From the sequence record SRR20825019_1641: a DNA stretch of 20,000 bases; one strand, 5' to 3'. A model generated the notes under the pieces. The model did not search any database, was not told the DNA's origin, and saw only the letters and a program-made list of their open reading frames with translations. The translations under genes were made by a program, and so were the position numbers. Shown here piece after piece: positions 1 through 7,346 of the stretch (position 1 is the stretch's first letter; each line of letters opens with the position of its first letter).

Positions 1-999
1 CTTACCGCTCAACTGGTTTGGTGCGGGCACCGCCGTAAACTCGTTGTGGATAGCGTTAAACTCATCCATCAACCGGGCTGACATTTCACCGAGCGATAGT
101 GAGAGATCAACCAATTGTTCGTCCCGCATCTCCAAAAGGCCAGCCAGCTTGCCGGACCGAATGTGCGAAGCGAGATCGCGGCTCGAAGACTTTTGCTCGA
201 GCGTCTCCGAGTCTACCCGGAAAATATTGATCGGCGGGAAGTCTGTCCCCGGGTCAACAATACCCGGCGCATCATACTCAAGCTGCAGAAGCGACGAATC
301 GTAAAGCGGATATCCGGACTGGGTTGTCACGGTCACACCACCAGATGGTGCGCGGTCTACTTTAATATCGATCAGTTCCGAAAGCTTCCCAAGCGCCTGC
401 GCCAACTGGCCCTCAAGGCCGCCGGTTTCTTCACCCATAGCACGCTGCCGCACCAGAAGCGGGTTAAGCTCGGCAATTCGTTGTAGTTCCGTATTAATCT
501 CTGTCACTGTCTCCGAAATCTGCTGGCTTGCGTCAGCCCGCAGCGTCTGGATTTGCTCGTGGAACAGATTGATCTGGCTCGTAAAGCTCTCGGCCTCAGA
601 CAGCATTTGCTGCCGCCGAAGCACGTCAGCGGGATTAAGCGCAAGGTCGGCCATCGCCTGGAAAACCTGATCCATACGCGCTGAGAGCGAGCTGTTTGAT
701 GCAGGATCACCAAGAACCCCCTGAAGGCGGTCATGAAATTCACGCTGAACAGAAAATTCGGCGGTGTTTGAACCAGCCGTACGAAGTGCGCTTTCGAGGA
801 AACGGTCAACGACCCGCTCAATTTCGGATATAGTGACACCCGCTGATGATCCCTGCAGCACGTTGGCCTCTGTAGAGACACGCAGCCGCGAGTAACCTTC
901 AGTGTTCACGTTCGCGATATTGTTGGAAGTTACCCGGATAGCCGACTGGTTGGTGAAAAGGCCGCTCAGCGATGTGGTCAGAATTCCATTAAGCGTCAT
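1..999 (-). CDS. flgK: Flagellar hook-associated protein 1 FlgK, 5' part (runs off the window start)
   Basis: Manual translation from ATG at 999: MTLNGILTTSLSGLFTNQSAIRVTSNNIANVNTEGYSR... stays open to position 1. It has the axial-protein N-terminal motif (SGL...NNIANVNTEGYSR) and the FlgK-type SGKLAGLLEMRD segment. RBS GGAGGTG at 1004-1010 on the minus strand. Not in the ORF track because there is no stop codon in the window. Confidence 0.93.
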   Translation of the reverse strand, partial: MTLNGILTTSLSGLFTNQSAIRVTSNNIANVNTEGYSRLRVSTEANVLQGSSAGVTISEIERVVDRFLESALRTAGSNTAEFSVQREFHDRLQGVLGDPASNSSLSARMDQVFQAMADLALNPADVLRRQQMLSEAESFTSQINLFHEQIQTLRADASQQISETVTEINTELQRIAELNPLLVRQRAMGEETGGLEGQLAQALGKLSELIDIKVDRAPSGGVTVTTQSGYPLYDSSLLQLEYDAPGIVDPGTDFPPINIFRVDSETLEQKSSSRDLASHIRSGKLAGLLEMRDEQLVDLSLSLGEMSARLMDEFNAIHNEFTAVPAPNQLSGK

Positions 1000-1033
1000 G
1001 GCACACCTCCGCGTTCTGTTCCGCAACAGGGAA

Positions 1034-1079
1034 GGCAAATAGTGCCGCAGGTGTGAGGCTCAACCGGGCAAACCTGGCC
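1034..1079. promoter_or_regulatory. Two ftr-like (FlbD-type enhancer) motifs, GGC-N7-GCC
   Basis: GGCAAATAGTGCC at 1034-1046 and GGCAAACCTGGCC at 1067-1079, 33 bp apart, lying between the sigma-54 promoter and the flgK start. They match the core of Caulobacter ftr sites as recalled. Confidence 0.55.
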
Positions 1080-1218
1080 TGACCGAAGCGCAATTCACCC
1101 CTAATCATCACATCACCCTGAAGTCTTTTCTCTTTGAAAAGCATAAACTTAACGCGCTTTCTCATCCGTCGGTTCACTCAGCCACTGGCGAAATTGCCTT
1201 TTGGTTCACCAATGAATG

Positions 1219-1235
1219 AGCAAAAGCTGTGCCAG
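1219..1235 (-). promoter_or_regulatory. Sigma-54 (-24/-12) promoter for flgK
   Basis: Minus strand reads CTGGCACAGCTTTTGCT, i.e. TGGCAC-N5-TTGC with exact GG-N10-GC spacing, oriented toward flgK. Confidence 0.85.
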
Positions 1236-1367
1236 ATAGAGAATCTAGTCTTAAAGGGAAGAGAATGAGGGGCGTAGCGCAGTTAACGATCCAACTTTCG
1301 ACACCATCCAAGAAAATGCGTTGTTACAACTTTTACGCTTTAACAGCGTCGCCAAATCTGCATAATA

Positions 1368-1382
1368 GAACAAAAGGAGAAC
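1368..1382 (+). promoter_or_regulatory. Alphaproteobacterial LexA (SOS) box GAAC-N7-GAAC
   Basis: GAACAAAAGGAGAAC is a perfect direct repeat with a 7-nt spacer. It sits just downstream of a -10-like CATAAT (1361-1366) and overlaps the RBS AAGGAG (1374-1379). Confidence 0.8.
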
Positions 1383-1386
1383 AAAT

Positions 1387-1938
1387 ATGCGAAACCATCT
1401 AAAACCTGTTCGTCTCCGGCGGCAATCCTCCCTCCTCCCCCTATCAGGAAATCCGTCCAACCCGCAGCTCGATTGCACGGTGGAGAAAAAGCGGGTGGCA
1501 GCAGCCTTGCCGACCATTTCTTTTAGCCATAGCCACAAGAACTGGTTTTCCCAAAGACAGAAAGACCTCCCCATCCTCGGGCGGGCCCAAGGCGGGAACG
1601 ACGGCAACATCGTGATGGAAGATGGCGCCATTGACTGGACAGCGCGCCCCACATCACTTGACGGTGTTGATGATGCTTTCGCCGTCTATGTCACGGGCGA
1701 CAGTATGGTGCCCAAGTATCAGGCTGGTGATCTGGTTTATATTCATCCTCATAAAACGCCAAGGAAAGGCCGCTTCGTATTGATTGAGATGACAGGGCAT
1801 AAGGGCCTGATCAAGCAATTTGAAAAATGGGACGGGGATACACTGATTGTTAAACAGTTCAACCCGACTAGAGAACTACATCTTCTTCGCTTTGAGGTGC
1901 TCAAGGTTATGTTGATTATTGGCAGCATGGACGCCTGA
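1387..1938 (+). CDS. S24 family (LexA/UmuD/CI C-terminal type) peptidase lacking a recognisable HTH domain
   Basis: LPILGRAQGG cleavage-loop-like segment, FAVYVTGDSMVP (catalytic Ser), GLIKQF (catalytic Lys) and QFNP. Strong RBS 7 nt upstream. An in-frame TAG at 1366-1368 excludes an N-terminal extension. Confidence 0.85.
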   Translation: MRNHLKPVRLRRQSSLLPLSGNPSNPQLDCTVEKKRVAAALPTISFSHSHKNWFSQRQKDLPILGRAQGGNDGNIVMEDGAIDWTARPTSLDGVDDAFAVYVTGDSMVPKYQAGDLVYIHPHKTPRKGRFVLIEMTGHKGLIKQFEKWDGDTLIVKQFNPTRELHLLRFEVLKVMLIIGSMDA

Positions 1939-1946
1939 AAGAGCAG

Positions 1947-3254
1947 ATGCTAACAGCGGGCTTGATTTCAGCACGATGGATACCCAATATCCGCGCAACC
2001 ACAACCGGAAGCACGGATGCCATGGCTGACCTACATTCGATGGATAGCGTTCTTGACGAAATTTTCGCATCATACATGCGGGTTAAAAGCCTGCATATGG
2101 GGAAATATGACCGCGACTTCCGGACCCCGCGCCACTTGATCTCGCTCGCGCGTGATCTCGGCGTTTTACCTCCATCTGAGCGCACCATCCGCGTTACTGG
2201 AAGCAAGGGCAAAGGCACAACAAGCAGGCTTATCGCCAGCTATCTGCATAAAACACTTCCGGGCGAGAAAGTCGGGCTTCTCGTCTCACCTGAAGAGTTC
2301 ACCCATCTGGACCGCATACAAATTGACGGGGAGCCAATCCCCGAAGAAACCTTCATTGCTATCTACAATGGCTTGCGCCCACACCTGCACACCCTGCTAA
2401 AGGCGGCTGGCGAGCATGGCTATCTCTCGCCATCTGGAGTTTTCATGCTTATCGCGCTGATGTGGTTTCGACGCGAGAGCGTTGACCATTATGTTCTGGA
2501 GACAGGGCGCGGCGCAAAGTTTGACGAGGTTGGCCAGATTGGAAGCGCAATCAGCGTGGTCACCAGCATTTTTCTTGAGCACGCAGCCAATCTCGGCCCT
2601 TCACTCACGGATATCGCGGCTGATAAGCTTTCCATCAGCAACTCCTCAGGCCTTCTGGTGTGTCCCACGGAGTTACAGTCGCGTTTCAGCGCCTTCATCC
2701 ATGCTGACGTTGCTGATTTGGAGTCGATGCGTGAGAATGCAGCTCTTCCGTTCTGGCTGGCCAGCAATGACCAACTCGCCCGAACGGCTGCTTGCGCTTA
2801 CCTGACTAGGCACGACCGGCACCGCCCGATCAGCGAAATTGAAGTGAAATCTCCCTCTTTCTTGTGGGCCAACGCGTATGGATGCAAGGTTCTTCTCGAG
2901 GCCATCATCAGCGCTTCATCGGCGGATGAACGTCTCTACACCGGACAGTTTAAGGGAAAAAACGCGCACGCACTTGTTTCCCTACCAGACGACAAGGACC
3001 GTGATCATTTACTCAAGCTATGGCAGCAATATGGGCTCCGTTGCGCGGAAGTGGCGCTCAGTGGCACCCGCGGGTACCTGCACTACACCAAAACCAAAGC
3101 ATCATCTGATTTCCTGGCTGAAATCGCCTTTGATGCCTCCGATGTAATGCACAAGGTTATCAAGGAATATATTACGACACATAAGCCAGAGGTGCTCTAT
3201 CTAGCTGGCACACAAACCTACGTCCGCCTAGTCAAACAGGCGCTCCATCAATAA
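1947..3254 (+). CDS. Divergent FolC (folylpolyglutamate synthase)/Mur-ligase family protein; the true start may be ATG 2022
   Basis: P-loop VTGSKGKGTT, GLLVSPEE...DRIQIDG, VLETGRGAKFD and VVTSIFLEH...LG...IAADK align in order with FolC motifs. The C-terminal third is poorly conserved. Confidence 0.8.
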   Translation: MLTAGLISARWIPNIRATTTGSTDAMADLHSMDSVLDEIFASYMRVKSLHMGKYDRDFRTPRHLISLARDLGVLPPSERTIRVTGSKGKGTTSRLIASYLHKTLPGEKVGLLVSPEEFTHLDRIQIDGEPIPEETFIAIYNGLRPHLHTLLKAAGEHGYLSPSGVFMLIALMWFRRESVDHYVLETGRGAKFDEVGQIGSAISVVTSIFLEHAANLGPSLTDIAADKLSISNSSGLLVCPTELQSRFSAFIHADVADLESMRENAALPFWLASNDQLARTAACAYLTRHDRHRPISEIEVKSPSFLWANAYGCKVLLEAIISASSADERLYTGQFKGKNAHALVSLPDDKDRDHLLKLWQQYGLRCAEVALSGTRGYLHYTKTKASSDFLAEIAFDASDVMHKVIKEYITTHKPEVLYLAGTQTYVRLVKQALHQ

Positions 3255-3273
3255 CTTTAACGGTTTTAAAGAG

Positions 3274-3360
3274 TGGTACCCGCAACCGGACTCGAACCGG
3301 TACGACCATACGGTCTCAAGATTTTAAGTCTTGTGTGTCTACCAATTCCACCATGCGGGC
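3274..3360 (-). tRNA. tRNA-Leu(UAA), 87 nt, CCA encoded
   Basis: Minus strand GCCCGCATGGTGGAATTGGTAGACAC...CAAGA-CTTAAAA-TCTTG...long variable arm...GGTTCGAGTCC...TGCGGGTACCA. The cloverleaf closes and the anticodon is TAA. Confidence 0.97.
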
Positions 3361-3388
3361 ACATGATCATGCGGCAGGAACAGATGGC

Positions 3389-3418
3389 GTTATAGACCAA
3401 TTATTTCTGGTAGGACAA
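3389..3418 (-). promoter_or_regulatory. Putative sigma-70 promoter of tRNA-Leu
   Basis: Minus strand TTGTCC-N18-TATAAC, about 30 nt upstream of the tRNA 5' end. Confidence 0.5.
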
Positions 3419-3465
3419 CGCCCAAACTTGCTCGGCTGGTGTTTTTTTGGGGTACACTCGAAAAC

Positions 3466-4218
3466 TCAATCGATTTCAGTTGGTCCGTCCGTCGCAAAAG
3501 CGTTTTCACGGCAGAAATTACGCAAGGCTTCCATGGCATCACTAACCGCCCCCTGGTCCGGACTACGGATCACCACCTGGGCGCCTACCCCTGCGTGATA
3601 GAACGGGTAGCTGCCAATGCTCACACCGCCATGCGCAGCCTGTAGGGCACCAAGCCCATCCGCGATCTTGCTCTCAGCCACATGAATGGTCAGCGCCTGC
3701 GTCCATACCTTACGTCCACTCTTGAGGAGCGGCCGTAAATCCTCAAGCATCGCCTGCATGATCTTGGGCACGCCCGCGAGGATGAACACATTTTCAATGC
3801 GGATGCCGGGCGCAATGGAAACGGGGTTGTCAACCAGTTCACCGCCCGCTGGCACCCGCGCCATACGCTGGCGCGCAGGGGTGAAGTTTTCGGCCCCATA
3901 ATAGGCTTCCATCCGGGCATAGGCTTCTTTGTGCGTAACCACAGGCACGCCGAAGGCTGCGGCGATACTATCCACCGTGATATCGTCATGGGTCGGGCCA
4001 ATGCCGCCTGTGGTGAACACATAGTCATAGCGTGCCCGGAGTGCGTTCACCGCGTCCGCGATTTCACCTTCAATATCGGGCACCACGCGCACCTCAGCAA
4101 GCTGGATACCCGCCTCGTTCAGCCATGTCGCGAGATAGGAGATATTCTTGTCCTGCGTGCGGCCAGAGAGTATCTCATCCCCAATTACAAGCAGACCAGC
4201 TTTAACGTCGTCAGGCAT
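3466..4218 (-). CDS. CinA-like/molybdopterin-binding (MoCF) domain protein (competence/damage-inducible protein A family)
   Basis: IGDEILSGRTQDKN, VVPD, TTGGIGPTHDDIT and LAGVP motifs; 250 aa, no PncC deamidase domain. Confidence 0.9.
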   Translation of the reverse strand: MPDDVKAGLLVIGDEILSGRTQDKNISYLATWLNEAGIQLAEVRVVPDIEGEIADAVNALRARYDYVFTTGGIGPTHDDITVDSIAAAFGVPVVTHKEAYARMEAYYGAENFTPARQRMARVPAGGELVDNPVSIAPGIRIENVFILAGVPKIMQAMLEDLRPLLKSGRKVWTQALTIHVAESKIADGLGALQAAHGGVSIGSYPFYHAGVGAQVVIRSPDQGAVSDAMEALRNFCRENAFATDGPTEID

Positions 4219-4375
4219 AAAATTCCCCGTCTTATTGCGGTTTCCTTGAAGGCTTTGCCAGAATTCTTTAAACCAGAATTCAAGAAGGGTTGCACTCTAA
4301 TCGGTCAATCGGTTTTAGTACACTCAGATCTGGCGATCAGATCACAGAAAAACATCAGTTATAGAGGGGACCATC

Positions 4376-5479
4376 ATGAAAACACGGGCTGCAGTTGCTT
4401 GGGGCGCGGGTAAACCACTTTCTGTCGAGGAAGTTGACCTTGAAGGCCCCAAGGCGGGCGAAGTGCTCGTTGAGATCAAAGCCACAGGCGTTTGCCACAC
4501 GGACGCCTTCACCCTTTCAGGCGACGACCCTGAAGGCGCTTTCCCTGCCATTCTGGGCCATGAAGGCGCCGGTGTTGTGCTTGAGGTTGGTGAAGGCGTC
4601 AAAAGCCTGAAGCCCGGTGACCATGTGATCCCCCTTTATACGCCTGAGTGCCGGGAATGTGACTATTGCCTGCACCCCAAAACCAACCTCTGCCAGGCGA
4701 TCCGCGAGACACAGGGCAAAGGCGTGATGCCGGATGGTACCAGTCGCTTCTCGATCGATGGCAAACCAATCCTCCATTATATGGGCTGTTCAACCTTCTC
4801 GAACCACACCGTGCTGCCTGAAATCGCGCTCGCGAAAGTACGCAAGGACGCACCGTTCGAGAAGATCTGCTACATCGGCTGTGGCGTGACCACAGGTGTA
4901 GGTGCTGTTGCGTTTGACGCGAAAGTTGAGCCCGGCTCAAACGTGGTGGTGTTTGGCCTTGGCGGTATCGGCCTCAATGTTATTCAAGGCGCGCGCATGG
5001 TTGGTGCCAATAAAATTGTCGGCGTTGACATTAATAATGAGCGTGAAGCCATGGGCCGCCAGTTCGGCATGACTGACTTCATCAACCCCAAGGAATGCGA
5101 CGTGATGCAGGCCATTATGGACCTGACGAACGGCGGCGCAGACTATAGCTTTGAGTGCATCGGCAACGTGAACACCATGCGTCAGGCGCTTGAATGCTGC
5201 CATAAGGGTTGGGGCGAAAGCATCATCATTGGGGTGGCCGGTGCGGGGCAGGAAATCTCCACCCGGCCCTTCCAATTGGTTACCGGGCGTGTATGGCGCG
5301 GCACCGCTTTTGGTGGCGCACGAGGCCGCACCGATGTACCCAAGATCGTAGATTGGTACATGGACGGCAAGATCAATATCGATGACTTGATCACCCACAC
5401 CATGCCGCTTGACGAGATCAACAGTGCGTTTGACCTGATGCACGAAGGCAAATCCATCCGCTCAGTGGTGATGTACTGA
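4376..5479 (+). CDS. frmA: S-(hydroxymethyl)glutathione dehydrogenase / class III alcohol dehydrogenase
   Basis: GVCHTD, GHEGAG, structural Zn cysteines (CRECDYC...NLC), [36 protein letters not shown] upstream. Confidence 0.97.
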   Translation: MKTRAAVAWGAGKPLSVEEVDLEGPKAGEVLVEIKATGVCHTDAFTLSGDDPEGAFPAILGHEGAGVVLEVGEGVKSLKPGDHVIPLYTPECRECDYCLHPKTNLCQAIRETQGKGVMPDGTSRFSIDGKPILHYMGCSTFSNHTVLPEIALAKVRKDAPFEKICYIGCGVTTGVGAVAFDAKVEPGSNVVVFGLGGIGLNVIQGARMVGANKIVGVDINNEREAMGRQFGMTDFINPKECDVMQAIMDLTNGGADYSFECIGNVNTMRQALECCHKGWGESIIIGVAGAGQEISTRPFQLVTGRVWRGTAFGGARGRTDVPKIVDWYMDGKINIDDLITHTMPLDEINSAFDLMHEGKSIRSVVMY

Positions 5480-6318
5480 TGTCGTTTGAGGTGATTTCAG
5501 AGACCGCCTGCTTTGGTGGCACGCAAGGCTATTACAAACATACCTCGAAAACCCTTGGGTGTGAGATGCGATTCTCCGTCTTTTCGCCCCGACAAGCTCA
5601 AGAGGGCCGCGTGCCCGTTTTGTGGTACCTCTCAGGCCTCACTTGTACGGAAGACAACGCCACCGTGAAAGCCGGTTTCCAGCGGGTCGCCAGCGAGCTT
5701 GGCTTGATGGTTATCTGTCCGGACACAAGCCCGCGCGGTGATGATGTGCCGGACGACGACGCCTATGATTTTGGCAAAGGTGCAGGTTTCTACGTGGATG
5801 CCAAGGAAGCGCCGTGGGCTGAGAACTTCCAGATGTACAGCTACGTCACCAGCGAGTTGCCTGCGCTGGTTAAAGACCAGTTCCCCGCCGACATGAACCG
5901 ACAGGGCATCACTGGCCACTCCATGGGTGGGCACGGTGCGCTGACCATCTTCCTCAAAAACCGGGATACCTATAAAAGCATTTCCGCGTTTGCGCCCATC
6001 GTCTCGCCCATGAATTGCCCGTGGGGCGAAAAAGCACTCACTGGCTATCTCGGCGCGAACCGTACAGCATGGGCAGACTACGATGCCTGCGCGTTGATGG
6101 AAAAACATGGGGCAACAGATACGGAAATCCTGATCGATCAAGGTCTTGCGGATAACTTCCTCGAAGGCCAGTTGAAGCCTGAGTTGTTTGAAGAGGCGTG
6201 CGAGAAAGCGGGACAAAAGCTCACCCTGCGCAAGCATCCAGGGTATGATCACAGCTATTTCTTCATCTCTACCTTCATTGAAGACCATCTGCGGCACCAC
6301 GCCGCCCAGCTTAGCTAG
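5479..6318 (+). CDS. fghA: S-formylglutathione hydrolase
   Basis: LSGLTC, PDTSPRG, GAGFY, GHSMGGHGA and GYDHSYFF motifs. Translationally coupled to frmA through TGATG. Confidence 0.96.
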   Translation: MSFEVISETACFGGTQGYYKHTSKTLGCEMRFSVFSPRQAQEGRVPVLWYLSGLTCTEDNATVKAGFQRVASELGLMVICPDTSPRGDDVPDDDAYDFGKGAGFYVDAKEAPWAENFQMYSYVTSELPALVKDQFPADMNRQGITGHSMGGHGALTIFLKNRDTYKSISAFAPIVSPMNCPWGEKALTGYLGANRTAWADYDACALMEKHGATDTEILIDQGLADNFLEGQLKPELFEEACEKAGQKLTLRKHPGYDHSYFFISTFIEDHLRHHAAQLS

Positions 6319-6328
6319 AGGAACATAT

Positions 6329-7279
6329 ATGCGGCGCCTTCTTATCTCAGGGTTACTGGCCATTCTGGCTTTCACAAGCCCTAGTTTTGCGCATCAGGAC
6401 CCTGAGATTGCGGGTTACATTGAGGTCGATGGCGGCCGCATCTGGTACCGGCTGAACGGTAGTGAGCATATGGGAAAAAAGCCCGCCATTATCATGATGC
6501 ATGGTGGCCCGGGCGGCACGCACCGCTCAAACATGCCCTATGTGGCGCTCTCGGATGAATACCCGGTTATCCTCTATGACCAGTTGGGCACCGGCAATTC
6601 AGACCGGCCCGGTAACATTGAAACCTGGACCGTTGAACATTTTGTGGCAGAGATTGACCGTATTCGTGACGCGCTCGGGCTTAGAGATGTGATTATTGCG
6701 GGCCATAGCTGGGGCGGCACACTCGCGGCTGAATATGCTACACGCAGGCCTGAAGGCCTTCAGGCCGCTATCCTTTCAAGCCCGCTGATTTCCACGCACC
6801 AATGGCTGGCCGATAATCAGGTATGGATTGACCAATTGCCCGAAGATGTCGCTGCAACAATCCGCCGTCATGAAGCGAACGGCACCACAGATACGCCAGA
6901 ATACCGCGCAGCAGAAGCAGAGTTCTATAAGCGCCACATGTGCCGCACGTCGCCCTGCCCGCTTGAGCGCTACCGCACTGACGGCCCCAAAGGCAACGGT
7001 GAGATGTATGAATATATGTGGGGCCCATCTGAGTTTTTTGCGCCCGGCACGCTGAGGGATTATGACATCAGCCCAAAGCTTGCCAGCATCAATGTGCCAA
7101 CCCAGATGATCTGTGGTGAATTTGATGAAGCGGCGCCCAAAAGCTGTATGAAATATGCAGATATGATCGACGGTGCAAAAACCCTGATCGTGCCAGACGC
7201 GGGCCACGCCACCATGGGCGACAATGAAAAGCTGTACATCACCACCGTACGGCAGTTTCTACACGACGCGCTAGAATAA
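6329..7279 (+). CDS. Proline iminopeptidase/L-amino-acid amidase family alpha/beta hydrolase (S33) with N-terminal signal peptide
   Basis: HGGPG, YDQLGTGNSD, GHSWGG nucleophile elbow, MWGPSEF, GEFDE and GH. Start moved to ATG 6329 (RBS GAGG, 10 bp after the fghA stop), giving the signal peptide MRRLLISGLLAILAFTSPSFA. Confidence 0.9.
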   Translation: MRRLLISGLLAILAFTSPSFAHQDPEIAGYIEVDGGRIWYRLNGSEHMGKKPAIIMMHGGPGGTHRSNMPYVALSDEYPVILYDQLGTGNSDRPGNIETWTVEHFVAEIDRIRDALGLRDVIIAGHSWGGTLAAEYATRRPEGLQAAILSSPLISTHQWLADNQVWIDQLPEDVAATIRRHEANGTTDTPEYRAAEAEFYKRHMCRTSPCPLERYRTDGPKGNGEMYEYMWGPSEFFAPGTLRDYDISPKLASINVPTQMICGEFDEAAPKSCMKYADMIDGAKTLIVPDAGHATMGDNEKLYITTVRQFLHDALE

Positions 7280-7296
7280 TAGCAACCCGCAAACAC

Positions 7297-7325
7297 AAAA
7301 GGGCGGCCAGATGGCCGCCCTTTTT
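7297..7325. terminator. Bidirectional intrinsic terminator
   Basis: AAAA-GGGCGGCC-AGAT-GGCCGCCC-TTTTT between the convergent peptidase and purB genes. Confidence 0.9.
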
Positions 7326-7346
7326 CATACCCAAAGCTGTTTCGGC

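Noticed and set aside
44-881. ORF-track ORFs 44-304, 115-486 and 504-881
   Set aside because: They are shadow or alternate-frame ORFs of the flgK reading frame (minus strand, 999 to 1).
989-1177. 62-aa minus-strand ORF in the flgK leader
   Set aside because: No clear RBS and no recognisable motif; it overlaps the flgK start and the ftr-like sites. A leader peptide cannot be fully excluded.
3060-3071. AGTGGCACCCGC resembles the tRNA 3' end sequence AGTGGTACCCGC (possible att duplication)
   Set aside because: Only 11 of 12 nt match, it lies inside an intact CDS about 200 bp from the tRNA, and no integrase is present. Compatible with chance.
3257-3269. TTAA-N5-TTAA as a possible CtrA box
   Set aside because: CtrA needs TTAA-N7-TTAA, and this site lies between two gene 3' ends.
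3274-3360. G1-U72 wobble in the tRNA-Leu acceptor stem
   Set aside because: Normal for proteobacterial tRNA-Leu(UAA), e.g. E. coli leuZ.
6188-6328. Apparent 131-bp overlap of the peptidase ORF with fghA
   Set aside because: Artefact of the longest-ORF start. ATG 6329 has an RBS and yields a clean signal peptide.
5632-6375. Long antisense ORF (247 aa) opposite fghA; likewise 8830-9693 (287 aa) opposite the amidohydrolase
   Set aside because: In-register antisense shadows of GC-rich coding sequence with no motifs or RBS.
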